Source: Actinomycetes bacterium (GTDB lineage Bacteria > Actinomycetota > CALGFH01). From it: DNA of 64,000 nt. Below, one piece after another: positions 37,853 through 45,934 of this stretch. The notes under the pieces were generated by a model that saw only the letters and a list, made by a program, of their open reading frames with translations, made no database searches and was not told the origin of the DNA. Location: NCBI GenBank assembly GCA_036392615.1, contig DASVXQ010000414.1, positions 204-64,203 of the forward strand. The letters run 5' to 3'. Every line of letters begins with the position of its first letter. The first letter of the stretch is position 1. A program made the translations under genes and the position numbers.

Positions 37853-38988
37853 CGGTCCTCGCCGCGGAGATGCTCGGCCCGGGAGACCTCCGGGTGGCCT
37901 CCTTCCCGCTGCCCGAGCCGGGCCCTGGCGCGGTGATCCTCAAGATCTGCTGCTCCGGGATCTGCGGGACCGACAAGCACACCTGGCGGGGCGAGTCGTT
38001 GCAGTACGCGGGTACCGCACACGAGCGACGCGCCGCCTACCCGCTCATCTGCGGGCACGAGAACGTCGGCGTCATCGAGGCCATCGGCCCCGGCGATCCG
38101 CCGCTGGACCAGGATGGACAGCCGTTGGCGGTCGGCGACCGGGTCGTGCCCGCCCCCAACGTCGTCTGCGGCCGCTGCTACTACTGCGTCGGCGGCCATC
38201 CCTACTACCTGTGCGAGCACCTCCACGACTACGGCAACTCGCTGTCATGTGGGACGCCACCGCACCTGTTCGGTGGCTGGGCCCAGCGGATGTACCTGCT
38301 GCCGGGGACGCGCCTGTTCCGGGTGCCCGACGAGCTGCCTGACGAGCTGGCCGCGCTGACCGAGCTGCTGGCGGTCACCAACGGCCTCGACCGCGCGCGG
38401 CTCCTCGCGCAGGCCGGCAGCGGCTTCGGCTTCGGCGACACGGTGGCGGTTCTCGGCGTCGGGCCGCTCGGCCTGATGCACCTCGCCAAGGCGGACCTGC
38501 TCGGTGCCGGGCGGCTGCTCGCCGCCGACCCGGTGGCGGCGCGGCGCGAGGTTGCGCGCGAGCTGGGCGCAGAGGTCGCCGCCGGCGCGGACGAGTTGCG
38601 CGAGGAGACCGGTGGGCGAGGACCGGATGTGGTGGTGTCGTGCTCGGGCAGGCCAGAGACCTTCGTGGAGGCGCTCGAGCTTGTCCGTCCCGGCGGCGTG
38701 GTCATCGAGGCCGGTGCCTTCGTCGACATGGGTCCGGTCCGCGTCGATCCGAATCGACACATCTGCAGCAAGGGCATCGCGATCCTCGGGGTCGGCGGTG
38801 AGGTGCTGGAGCAGTACGGGCCGGCGCTGCGGATGCTGGCGCGCACCCGCGATCGGGTCCTCTTCCACCGCGCGATCACGCACCGCGTCGGGCTCGACAG
38901 GATCGAAGCCATGCTGGAGGCCACGGACACCATGAAGGTGCTCGTGGTCCCGAACCAGATTCCCGATGGAGACGGAGAAGGAGGCTGA
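37849..38988 (+). CDS. Zinc-dependent alcohol/polyol dehydrogenase (MDR family, sorbitol/threonine-DH-like)
   Basis: ICGTDKHTWRGE ... ICGHENVGVIE ... CGRCYYCVGGHPYYC (structural Zn Cys cluster) ... VLGVGPLGLM. GTGA start/stop overlap with the permease. Confidence 0.8.
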   Translation: MTVLAAEMLGPGDLRVASFPLPEPGPGAVILKICCSGICGTDKHTWRGESLQYAGTAHERRAAYPLICGHENVGVIEAIGPGDPPLDQDGQPLAVGDRVVPAPNVVCGRCYYCVGGHPYYLCEHLHDYGNSLSCGTPPHLFGGWAQRMYLLPGTRLFRVPDELPDELAALTELLAVTNGLDRARLLAQAGSGFGFGDTVAVLGVGPLGLMHLAKADLLGAGRLLAADPVAARREVARELGAEVAAGADELREETGGRGPDVVVSCSGRPETFVEALELVRPGGVVIEAGAFVDMGPVRVDPNRHICSKGIAILGVGGEVLEQYGPALRMLARTRDRVLFHRAITHRVGLDRIEAMLEATDTMKVLVVPNQIPDGDGEGG

Positions 38989-39932
38989 TGGAGCCCGGCC
39001 TGTTCCTCGACGGGTTGCCCCACCTGTCTCGACGGGACGCGTTCGCCTGGTGTGCCGAGCACGGCATCACCGCGGTCGAGATGGGGGTGAGCACCTGGGC
39101 GGTCGGCCGCCACCTCGACCTCGACGCGCTCCTCGCCGAGCCCGATGAACGTGACCGCCTCCAAGCGGAGCTGGGCGACCACGGCTTGCGTCTGGCCTGC
39201 GTCAACGCGGCCAGCAACCCGCTGCATCCCGACCCGGCCCAGCGCCGGCACGCCCAGGACCGGCTGCGCGGCGCGGTGCGGCTCGCCCACCTGCTCGGGG
39301 TCGGGACCGTGGTGACGATGAGCGGAACCCCCGGCGGCCGCGGCGCCGCCGGCAGCACGGGAGTCTTCCCCTGCTGGAGCGTGGTGCCGGACGACGAGCC
39401 CATCTGGGAGTGGCAGTTCTCCGAGTGGCTCGCGCCCTTCTGGCACGACTTCTCCCGCTGGGCCTACCAGGAGGCGCCCGGGGTACGCGTCTGCCTGGAG
39501 CTGCACCCCGGCTGTTCGGTCTGGGGCGTGGAGACCTTCCGGCGTCTGGAGGCCGTCACGGCCGGGAACGTCGGCGTCAACCTGGACCCGAGTCACTTCT
39601 GGTGGCAGGGCGCCGATCCGCTCGCCGTCGTCGAGGAGCTCGGCCCCTTCATCGGCCACTGCCACGGCAAGGACACGAAGATCTACCCGGAGCGGGTCAG
39701 GGTCCACGGGGTGCTCGACGCCCGCTACCCCGTTCGCGCCGCCGAGGCGTCGTGGCATTTCGCCTCGATCGGCACCGGGCACAGCTTGGACATCTGGCGT
39801 GCGCTGCTGGAAGCGATGCGCGCCGCTGGCTATGACGGCGTGGTCTCGATCGAGCACGAGGACCCCAGCTATCCATCGCGCGAGGAGGGCATTCTCGCCT
39901 CGCTCGACAACCTGCTGAAGCTGGTCGGCTAG
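38988..39932 (+). CDS. Sugar phosphate isomerase/epimerase (xylose-isomerase-like TIM barrel)
   Basis: AWCAEHGITAVEMG ... VCLELHPG ... VNLDPSHFWWQGADP ... GHCHGKD ... VSIEHED. ATGA overlap with the upstream gene. Confidence 0.7.
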   Translation: MEPGLFLDGLPHLSRRDAFAWCAEHGITAVEMGVSTWAVGRHLDLDALLAEPDERDRLQAELGDHGLRLACVNAASNPLHPDPAQRRHAQDRLRGAVRLAHLLGVGTVVTMSGTPGGRGAAGSTGVFPCWSVVPDDEPIWEWQFSEWLAPFWHDFSRWAYQEAPGVRVCLELHPGCSVWGVETFRRLEAVTAGNVGVNLDPSHFWWQGADPLAVVEELGPFIGHCHGKDTKIYPERVRVHGVLDARYPVRAAEASWHFASIGTGHSLDIWRALLEAMRAAGYDGVVSIEHEDPSYPSREEGILASLDNLLKLVG

Positions 39933-39942
39933 AAGGAGGACC

Positions 39943-41010
39943 ATGCGGTTACGCGTCGGCGTCGTCGGCTGCGGCCTCATCGCGCAGGTCAAGCACCTGC
40001 CGTTGCTGCGGGAGCTGTCCGACCACTACGAGCTGGTGGCGCTCTGCGACCTCTCGGAGGAGGTCGTGCGGTCCTGCGCGCGGCGCTTCGGCGTCGAGCG
40101 GACGTTCACGGCCTGGGAGGACCTGCTCGCCGAGCCACTCGACGCGATCTGGGTGCTGACCGGCGGCAGTCACGCCCCGATCGTGACCGCCGCGGCGAAG
40201 GCGGGGCTGCACGCGTTCATCGAGAAGCCACTCTGCTTCTCGACCGCGGAGGGCAGGGAGCTGGTCGCGGACGTCCGCGCCGCCGGCGTGCACACCATGG
40301 TCGGCTACATGAAGCGCTACGACCCCGCCTACCGGCGCCTGGCCGAGGAGCTGTCGCGGCTGGACGACCTCCGGCTGGTCCGCGTGACGACGCTGGAGGC
40401 GCCGCTGGAGCCATACGTCGCGCACCTGCCACTGGTCACCGCCAAGCTGCCCAGGGGACTGGTGGAGGAGTTGCGCGCCGACGAGCGCGAGCGTCTGCGC
40501 CGTGCCATCGGCGACGTCGACGAGCCGACCAGGCGCACGTACCGTGTCGTGCTGCTGGATTCGCTGGTCCACGAGCTGAACACGCTTCGCGGGCTGCTCG
40601 GCGAACCCGATTCCCTCCCGTGGGCGGAGATCCACCGGCACGGTGTCAACCTTGCCCTGCGGTTCGACGGAGTGCCCTGCACGCTCTCGTGGATCGACCT
40701 GCCGGGTTTGGCGCACTACGAGCAGGAGTTCTCGTTCTACGGCGCGGCCTGGAGGGCGGCCATTACACTCTCGTCGCCATTCCTGCCGAACGTGCCCGGC
40801 CGGGTGACGCTGGAGGGTGGCCAGCCCGGCACCGCCAGAGCGTGGCGCCAGGTCGAGACGGTCTCCTACGAGGACCCGTTCAGGCTGGAGCTGCTCGCGT
40901 TCCACGACATGGTCACGCGCGACCAGGAACCGCCCACCAGCGTCGAGGATGCGCTTCGCGATATCGAGCTGTGCGAGCGGATCGTCCGCAGGCACCTTGG
41001 AGGCGAATGA
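39943..41010 (+). CDS. Gfo/Idh/MocA-family NAD(P)-dependent oxidoreductase
   Basis: MRLRVGVVGCGLIAQVKHLPLLREL ... LHAFIEKPL ... MVGYMKRYDPAY. Confidence 0.8.
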   Translation: MRLRVGVVGCGLIAQVKHLPLLRELSDHYELVALCDLSEEVVRSCARRFGVERTFTAWEDLLAEPLDAIWVLTGGSHAPIVTAAAKAGLHAFIEKPLCFSTAEGRELVADVRAAGVHTMVGYMKRYDPAYRRLAEELSRLDDLRLVRVTTLEAPLEPYVAHLPLVTAKLPRGLVEELRADERERLRRAIGDVDEPTRRTYRVVLLDSLVHELNTLRGLLGEPDSLPWAEIHRHGVNLALRFDGVPCTLSWIDLPGLAHYEQEFSFYGAAWRAAITLSSPFLPNVPGRVTLEGGQPGTARAWRQVETVSYEDPFRLELLAFHDMVTRDQEPPTSVEDALRDIELCERIVRRHLGGE

Positions 41011-41936
41011 TGGCCAACCTGTCCGTCGCCAACGCGCCGGTCAGCTACGGCGCGTTCGAGCTCACCGTTGGCATCGACCCGGCGGCGCCCGACGCGGTCA
41101 CCGTCCTCGAGATGGTTGCTGGGGCAGGCTATCAGGGGATCGACGCCGGCCCGATCGGCTTCCTCGGCCAGGGCGATCAGCTCGCCGAGCGGCTCGCCGC
41201 CCGGAGGCTGGCGGTCTGCGGCGGCTACCTCGAGCTGCCGTTCCACGAGCCGCAGCGGATGGAGCCGGCGCTCGCCGAGCTGGACGCTCTGCTCGAGGTC
41301 TTCGACGCGGCGCTGCCGGTGAACCACTCCCTTGGTCTGCCCGCGCCGAAGCCGACCCTGGCAGCGATCGGGACCGAGCGCAAACGCGCCTTCCCTGGCC
41401 AGGCGGTCCGCGACCCTGGCATCGGACTTGGCGCCGAGGAATGGAAGCGGCTCGCGGATTCCCTGGAGGCGACGGTGGCGCGGTGCCGCGAGCGCGGCTA
41501 CGAGCCGACGCTGCACAACGAGACCGGCACCAGCATCGAGGCCCCGTGGGAGATCGAGAAGGTGCTGGAGCTGACGACCATCGACCTCTGCCTGGACACC
41601 GGCCACCTGCTGCTCGGCGGTGGTGATCCGGTAGAGTCGCTGCGTACCTGGCACGGCCGCGTCAACCACCTGCATGCCAAGAGTGCCAGGCTCGACGTGA
41701 TGCGCCGGATCGTCGCCGAGAAGGGGGCGACCGAGGAGATCTGGCGCCGGGAGGCGTTCTGCCGGCTCGGCGAGGGCGATCTCGACGGCGATGGCCTGCT
41801 CGCGCTCGTGCGCGAGCTTGGCTGGTCCGGCTGGATCGTCGTCGAGCAGGACACCCTCCCCGGCCCGGGCAGGCTCGAGCGGGCCCGCCGCGACCAGCGC
41901 GCGAACCGGCAGTACCTGCGCGACCGTGGGCTGTAG
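41010..41936 (+). CDS. Sugar phosphate isomerase/epimerase (TIM barrel; IolE/inosose-dehydratase-like)
   Basis: MANLSVANAPVSYGAFE ... GYQGIDAGP ... LHNETGTSIE ... LCLDTGHLLLGGGDP ... GWIVVEQD. ATGA overlap. Confidence 0.7.
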   Translation: MANLSVANAPVSYGAFELTVGIDPAAPDAVTVLEMVAGAGYQGIDAGPIGFLGQGDQLAERLAARRLAVCGGYLELPFHEPQRMEPALAELDALLEVFDAALPVNHSLGLPAPKPTLAAIGTERKRAFPGQAVRDPGIGLGAEEWKRLADSLEATVARCRERGYEPTLHNETGTSIEAPWEIEKVLELTTIDLCLDTGHLLLGGGDPVESLRTWHGRVNHLHAKSARLDVMRRIVAEKGATEEIWRREAFCRLGEGDLDGDGLLALVRELGWSGWIVVEQDTLPGPGRLERARRDQRANRQYLRDRGL

Positions 41937-41942
41937 GGCTTC

Positions 41943-42908
41943 ATGCGCCTGGCGATCCTCGGAGGAGGCCGCATGGGACGCGCGCATCTGCGTGCCGCGG
42001 GGGAGCGGACCGTGGCGGTGGTCGAGCCCCAGGCCCGGATCCGAGATGAGCTGGAGGCGCGCGGCCTCCGCGTCTACGCCGAAGTCGAGGACCTGCTGGA
42101 TGCGGGCGGGGTCGACGCCGCGATCGTGGCCGCGCCGACCACAGTGCACCGGGCGGTCGTCGAGCCGCTCCTGGATGCCGGCCTGCCGGTGCTGTGCGAG
42201 AAGCCGTGCTGTATCGACCTCCATGACACCCGCGCCCTTGCCGTGCTCGCCGAGCGGCGTGGGGTGGTGCTGCAGGTCGGCTACTGGCGCCGCTTCGTCC
42301 CGGAACTGATGCGCCTGCGCGACGACATCGGCAGCGGCCGCCTGGGATCCCTTTCGCTGGTGATCTGCCAGCAGTGGGATGAGCGTCCGCCGCCGGCCAG
42401 CTTCCGGCGGCAGAGCGGCGGCATCGCGATCGACATGGGCGTCCACGAGTTCGATCAGCTCCGCTGGCTCACCGGCCAGGAGATCGGGTGCCTGGCCGCG
42501 GCGGCGTCGACGGTCGCCGTGGACGAGCCCGTCGCCGGCGACCCGGAGAGCGTCCAGCTCCTCGCCAGCCTGTCGGGCGGGACGGTCGCGCTGGTGTCGC
42601 TGGGCCGGCGGTTCCCGCTCGGGGACATGTGCCGCGTCGAGGTCATCGGCACGCAGGGGTTCGCGGACCGCCCGTTCCTGTGGCCACCCCTTGGTGATCG
42701 GGTGTTCACGGAGGCGCTGCGGGCGCAACTGGACGCTTTCGAGACCGCGGCCGCCGGCGGCGAGCGCCGGGGTGCCACGGCCGCCGACGCGGTCCAGGCG
42801 CTGCTGGCGGCCAGGCGCGCCGCCGAGGTCCTGCGCGCTGAGGCTCAGGCGGGGCCGCGCCCGCCGCCCGGTGATTCGGCCCTCCGCTCTTCGGGGTCGG
42901 GGAGCTGA
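41943..42908 (+). CDS. Gfo/Idh/MocA-family oxidoreductase (second copy)
   Basis: MRLAILGGGRMGRAHLRA ... VLCEKPC ... LQVGYWRRF. Confidence 0.75.
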   Translation: MRLAILGGGRMGRAHLRAAGERTVAVVEPQARIRDELEARGLRVYAEVEDLLDAGGVDAAIVAAPTTVHRAVVEPLLDAGLPVLCEKPCCIDLHDTRALAVLAERRGVVLQVGYWRRFVPELMRLRDDIGSGRLGSLSLVICQQWDERPPPASFRRQSGGIAIDMGVHEFDQLRWLTGQEIGCLAAAASTVAVDEPVAGDPESVQLLASLSGGTVALVSLGRRFPLGDMCRVEVIGTQGFADRPFLWPPLGDRVFTEALRAQLDAFETAAAGGERRGATAADAVQALLAARRAAEVLRAEAQAGPRPPPGDSALRSSGSGS

Positions 42909-42972
42909 TCGGGCCATGCCGCCCACCGGCTCCCAAACGGCGCAGGCGGCGATGGCGGCGTGGGGCGCTGTT

Positions 42973-43024
42973 GCGTTCGCGGTGACCGTCTTGGAGCAGC
43001 GGGACTCCTTGCATGAGAACTCGC
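42973..43024 (+). repeat. Inverted-repeat arm R1 (partner R2 at 44520-44571)
   Basis: GGCGCTGTTGCGTTCGCGGTGACCGTCTTGGAGCAGCGGGACTCCTTGCATG versus the reverse complement of 44520-44571, GGCACTGTTGCATTCGCTGTGACCGCGTTCGAGCGGCGAGACTGCCGGCATG: 41 of 52 positions identical, ungapped. Weaker similarity extends over about 42941-43032 and 44501-44598. Confidence 0.6.
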
Positions 43025-43173
43025 CGCCCTCGCCCGGCACTGTTCCATTGAGCTGAAAGGCGCCGGCGGAGCCGAGTGAAGTGGAGGCAGCCGGACGGCG
43101 TGATGGCGCAATGTAACAGTGCCTCCCGGAGAATCCTCCCGCGAGGTGACTGGAGCAGCGACAGGAGGGCGCA

Positions 43174-43365
43174 ATGTCCAAGCTGGACGGCACGTTCTGG
43201 TACTGCATGACGCACCATCGGGTCGAGCCCTACCACGGGTGCAAGAACGCCGACCGTATCGGACCATTCCAAACAGAGGCGGAAGCCGCGCACGCCCTGC
43301 AGACGATCGCGGAGCGCGAAGAGCAGTACGAGCTGGAGGATTCCGAGTGGAATGGCGATCGGTAG
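43174..43365 (+). CDS. Small conserved hypothetical protein (63 aa)
   Basis: MSKLDGTFWYCMTHHRVEPYHGCKNADRIGPFQTEAEAAHALQTIAEREEQYELEDSEWNGDR. GGAGGG upstream. It resembles a small protein I recall as widespread in actinobacteria (Y-C-x-x-H...G-C......G-P....EA..AL); this is memory-level only. Confidence 0.55.
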   Translation: MSKLDGTFWYCMTHHRVEPYHGCKNADRIGPFQTEAEAAHALQTIAEREEQYELEDSEWNGDR

Positions 43366-43389
43366 GCATGGCAGTACCGTGACGACGTG

Positions 43390-43600
43390 ACGGAATCCCT
43401 TGCGGTGCTTCTTCTTCCCGGCCGAGCATTGGGTGCATCTGAAGACCAGCAGCCCGATCGAGTCGACCTTCGCGCCGGTGCGCGCCAGGACGCGGGTGAC
43501 CAAAGGGCCGGGTTCCAAGGCCGCGGGCCTGCAATGGCGTTCAAGCTGCTGGCGGCCCAACGCGAACCGCGCGAACCGCCCTGCCGTTACTCGTCACAGG
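43390..43600 (+). mobile_element. IS256-family (Mutator-type) transposase, C-terminal relic with a frameshift
   Basis: FFFPAEHWVHLKTSSPIESTFAPVRARTRVTKGPGSKAAGL then (other frame) AMAFKLLAAQ. Compare the IS256 family tail 'F..FP.EHW.HLRT.NPIES.F..VR.RT.V.KG.GS..A.LAM.FKL...A'. Confidence 0.6.
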
Positions 43601-43651
43601 ACGCTCGGCCAGCGCTGGAAGCACGCGGCATTGTCCGCGTCGGTGACGCCT

Positions 43652-43915
43652 CTACGGCACGTCGCGTCTGATGCGGCGCTCTTCGACCACGCGGTCGCCG
43701 TCATAGGACCGGTCGATGACCTGGCGGCGCCGCCGGCTCCACGGCGAGAAGCTGCTCCAGAACACCAGTGTGAACAGCAGACCGAGAGCGCCGGCGAGCA
43801 TCAGGATGATGCCGACGGTGTCGAGATCAAAGCTAGATCCAGATGTATTGACGTTGACGGCGAAGGTAAGGATCGCGCCGACGGCGAGCAGGAAGATGCT
43901 GACACCGATGCCCAT
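43652..43915 (-). CDS. Small two-TM membrane protein (DUF6458-like)
   Basis: MGIGVSIFLLAVGAILTFAVNVNTSGSSFDLDTVGIILMLAGALGLLFTLVFWSSFSPW.RRR... Confidence 0.6.
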   Translation of the reverse strand: MGIGVSIFLLAVGAILTFAVNVNTSGSSFDLDTVGIILMLAGALGLLFTLVFWSSFSPWSRRRRQVIDRSYDGDRVVEERRIRRDVP

Positions 43916-44049
43916 CGCCCATCCTTTCTCGTCTGACGCTGTGCGCGGGAGCGTGCCTACCCGAACCGGAGTGTGAGGAAACGCCTCAACGGCGGCGCCC
44001 GCCCCGCTCACCCGGTTTGACCAGCGTGGTCATGGCCGGATGCATCAGG

Positions 44050-44475
44050 TCACTGCATCGTGCCGGCCAGCGGACGCTCCACACAGGTCGTGCAGGTGAA
44101 CAGGTACAGGGACCCGACATCACCGAGCATGAGGCCGTGGGGCGCCCAGGCGTCCCGGTCCATGAGGGGCCGCGGCATGGTGATCCGGGGATCGTCGCGG
44201 TCCTCCAGCGGCAGCCAGCGTCCCTGGGGTTCGAACTCTTCGCCGGCCACTGCGGTGGCTGGATCCAGCGCAGGTGCCGCCAACCTTGGTGCTCGGCGCG
44301 GCCGACAGCTCCGCCAGCTACAGCCAGTCGCGCTGCTGCTGCCATCGCCGCACCTGCTCGTCCAAGGCCTCGGGCAGGTCGGAGAAGCCTGGCTGCTCGG
44401 CATGGGGGTACTCCACGACCCGCTCGGGGTGCAGCACGCACGGCAGCGGCACGTAGTCGCGCTCGGACAGGTCAT
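44050..44475 (-). pseudogene. Decayed gene (DUF1963/YwqG-like tail) spread over three frames with an in-frame TAG
   Basis: Tail: WLPLEDRDDPRITMPRP...MLGDVGSLYLFTCTTCVERPLAGTMQ-stop. Upstream pieces are readable only in other frames: DLSERDYVPLPCVLHPERVVEYPHAEQPGFSDLPEALDEQVRRWQQQRDWL-TAG-LAELSAAPSTKVGG, then LRWIQPPQWPA. Confidence 0.35.
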
Positions 44476-44519
44476 GGTCTAGGCCCTCCAACCGAGCGGC
44501 CGGAGATGCGGTGATTGGC

Positions 44520-44571
44520 CATGCCGGCAGTCTCGCCGCTCGAACGCGGTCACAGCGAATGCAACAGTGCC
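44520..44571 (-). repeat. Inverted-repeat arm R2 (partner R1 at 42973-43024)
   Basis: See R1. The + strand reads CATGCCGGCAGTCTCGCCGCTCGAACGCGGTCACAGCGAATGCAACAGTGCC. Confidence 0.6.
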
Positions 44572-44677
44572 GCGGCGAATGGCTTCGGATTGCTTGGGCG
44601 GACGAGCGTCCGATAGGCTGCGGCGCCCCGAGCGAAGCGGGTTATCTGGACATACCGGCAGCCGCAAGGAGCCCCCC

Positions 44678-45511
44678 ATGCCCCGGACCCCCTCCGACCC
44701 CTACGAGCAGTACCCCGACCAGCGGTACGGCTACCAGCAGCACCCCGACCAGCAGCCCACCTACCAGGAGCACCCGGACCAGCGGTATCCCGATCAGGGG
44801 TACGCGCAGCAGCAGTATCCGGACCAGCGGTATGCCCAGCAGCAGTACCCCGATCAGCGGTATGCCCAGCAGCAGTACGGCCAGCAGCAGCACTATTCCC
44901 ACCGGTACCAGCAGGCGCCGGCGGTGGCGGGCCGGCTGATGGACCACTCGAGCTTCATCGTCGATCAGAAGGTGAAGCTGATCGAGCTTCGCAACGAGTA
45001 TTCGATCTACGACGACGGCGGCAACACGATCGGGTCGGTGAAGCAGATCGGGCAGTCGGCCCTGATCCGGGTGCTCCGGCTGTTCATCAAGACCGACTCG
45101 CTCCTGGGCATCACGCTGGAGATCCGTGAGGCGAGCGGCGCCGTCGCCCTGCTGCTCCGCAAGCCGGCGTTCCGGATCACCTGCACGATCTCGTCGCCGG
45201 ATGGCACGGCGATCGGCCGTATCGCGGCCAAGATCCGTGTGGGCAAGGTCCGCATGGCGATTACCGACCCTTCCGGGAACGTGCTCGGCGAGATCCGCGC
45301 GGAGAACCTGCGGGCCTGGAATTTCAACGTGCAGGACGCGCAGGGCCGGCTGATCGCCCGGGTCGACAAGAAGTGGGCGGGTGCGCGCGAGCTGTTCACG
45401 ACGGCGGACAAGTACCGGGTGGAGCTGGACCCCAAGCTCGGCGACCCGCTGCGCAGCCTGGTGGTCGCTTCCTGCCTGGCCATCGACACGCTGCTGAAGC
45501 AGCAGCAGTAG
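44678..45511 (+). CDS. Scramblase/LURP-one-related (DUF567-type, tubby-like fold) protein with an N-terminal Gln/Tyr/Pro-rich repeat region
   Basis: ATG 44678 follows AAGGAG. The N-terminus has YPDQRYGYQQHPDQQPTYQEHPDQRYPDQGYAQQQYPDQRYAQQQYPDQRYAQQQY. The body has FIVDQKVKLIELRNEYSIYDDGGNTIGSVKQ ... LLRKPAFRITCTISSPDGTAIGRIAAK ... AWNFNVQDAQGRLIARVDKKWAG ... YRVELD. Confidence 0.65.
   Translation: MPRTPSDPYEQYPDQRYGYQQHPDQQPTYQEHPDQRYPDQGYAQQQYPDQRYAQQQYPDQRYAQQQYGQQQHYSHRYQQAPAVAGRLMDHSSFIVDQKVKLIELRNEYSIYDDGGNTIGSVKQIGQSALIRVLRLFIKTDSLLGITLEIREASGAVALLLRKPAFRITCTISSPDGTAIGRIAAKIRVGKVRMAITDPSGNVLGEIRAENLRAWNFNVQDAQGRLIARVDKKWAGARELFTTADKYRVELDPKLGDPLRSLVVASCLAIDTLLKQQQ
44707..44920 (+). repeat. 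In-frame degenerate tandem repeat (about 30-nt unit) encoding the YPDQRYAQQQ array
   Basis: CAGCAGCAGTATCCGGACCAGCGGTATGCC (44808-44837) is followed directly by CAGCAGCAGTACCCCGATCAGCGGTATGCC (44838-44867). More diverged units lie upstream. Confidence 0.7.
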
Positions 45512-45528
45512 GCCGGTCTCGAACCAGC

Positions 45529-45569
45529 GTCGGGCCGGGTCCGGCGGGCCCCCCGTTCCCCGGCCCGAC
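45529..45569 (+). terminator. GC-rich stem-loop downstream of the scramblase-like gene (terminator candidate)
   Basis: GTCGGGCCGGG (45529-45539) pairs with CCCGGCCCGAC (45559-45569), an 11-bp perfect stem 18 nt after the stop. There is no clear U-tract. Confidence 0.4.
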
Positions 45570-45594
45570 CCCTCCGCGACCCCGAAGCTCGCCA

Positions 45595-45816
45595 GCGTTG
45601 TTGACTCAGACGACGGTTGAGGTGCTCTTCGACCCGCCGGGGCACGTTCGGTTGCCGATCAACGACGACCAGATCATCGACTGGGCGTTGGCCGTTGTGC
45701 CGCTGGCGGCTCGGGAGGTCACCCTCGTGACCTACGACACCGGTCAGTGCATGCGAGCGCGCGCCGCAGGGTTGCGCGAGAAGCTGCACAAACCGCTCGT
45801 AGAGGAGCCGGCATAG
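45595..45816 (+). pseudogene. Possible C-terminal fragment of a PIN-domain protein
   Basis: VRLPINDDQIIDWALAVVPLAAREVTLVTYDTGQCMRARAAGLREKL resembles the '...D.iL..al......vtLVT.D.g.r.rA...Gl' tail of PIN-like nucleases. No N-terminal catalytic Asp region is present. Confidence 0.3.
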
Positions 45817-45934
45817 GCGGCGGCCTCCAGCCTGCTGCGGAGGAGGCGTCTGGCCGCACGCTCAGTCGGGTGGGGGCCCAATGGGCGGCGTTGATGCGGC
45901 GGTCGAGGAAGGGCAGATCAGCGCAGAATGTCGT

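Noticed and set aside
43145-43153. ZTP (pfl)-riboswitch-like GGTGACTGG upstream of the small gene at 43174.
   Set aside because: Only this short piece resembles the consensus. The required 3' pseudoknot element (CCGCCTGGGC-like) and the P1/P2 helices are absent.
40866-43208. 780-aa minus-strand ORF across the sugar operon. Also 33009-34640, 38229-39992, 39949-40995 and 5138-6673 on the minus strand.
   Set aside because: All are antisense to genes with clear family signatures (ABC ATPase, Zn-ADH, Gfo/Idh/MocA, DAG kinase) and have low-complexity Arg/Gly/Pro composition.
44549-44557. Exact GTCACAGCG (the MtrA-box-like nonamer reported for mycobacteria), followed 3 nt later by GCAACAGTG, upstream of the scramblase-like gene.
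   Set aside because: A single 9-mer is expected by chance. It lies inside the longer R2 repeat arm, which better explains its presence. It is kept only as a note.
44707-44920. Possible CRISPR array or other non-coding repeat.
   Set aside because: The units are contiguous (no spacers), about 30 nt, in frame, and inside a well-supported ORF. No CRISPR-like repeat-spacer structure was seen anywhere in the window.
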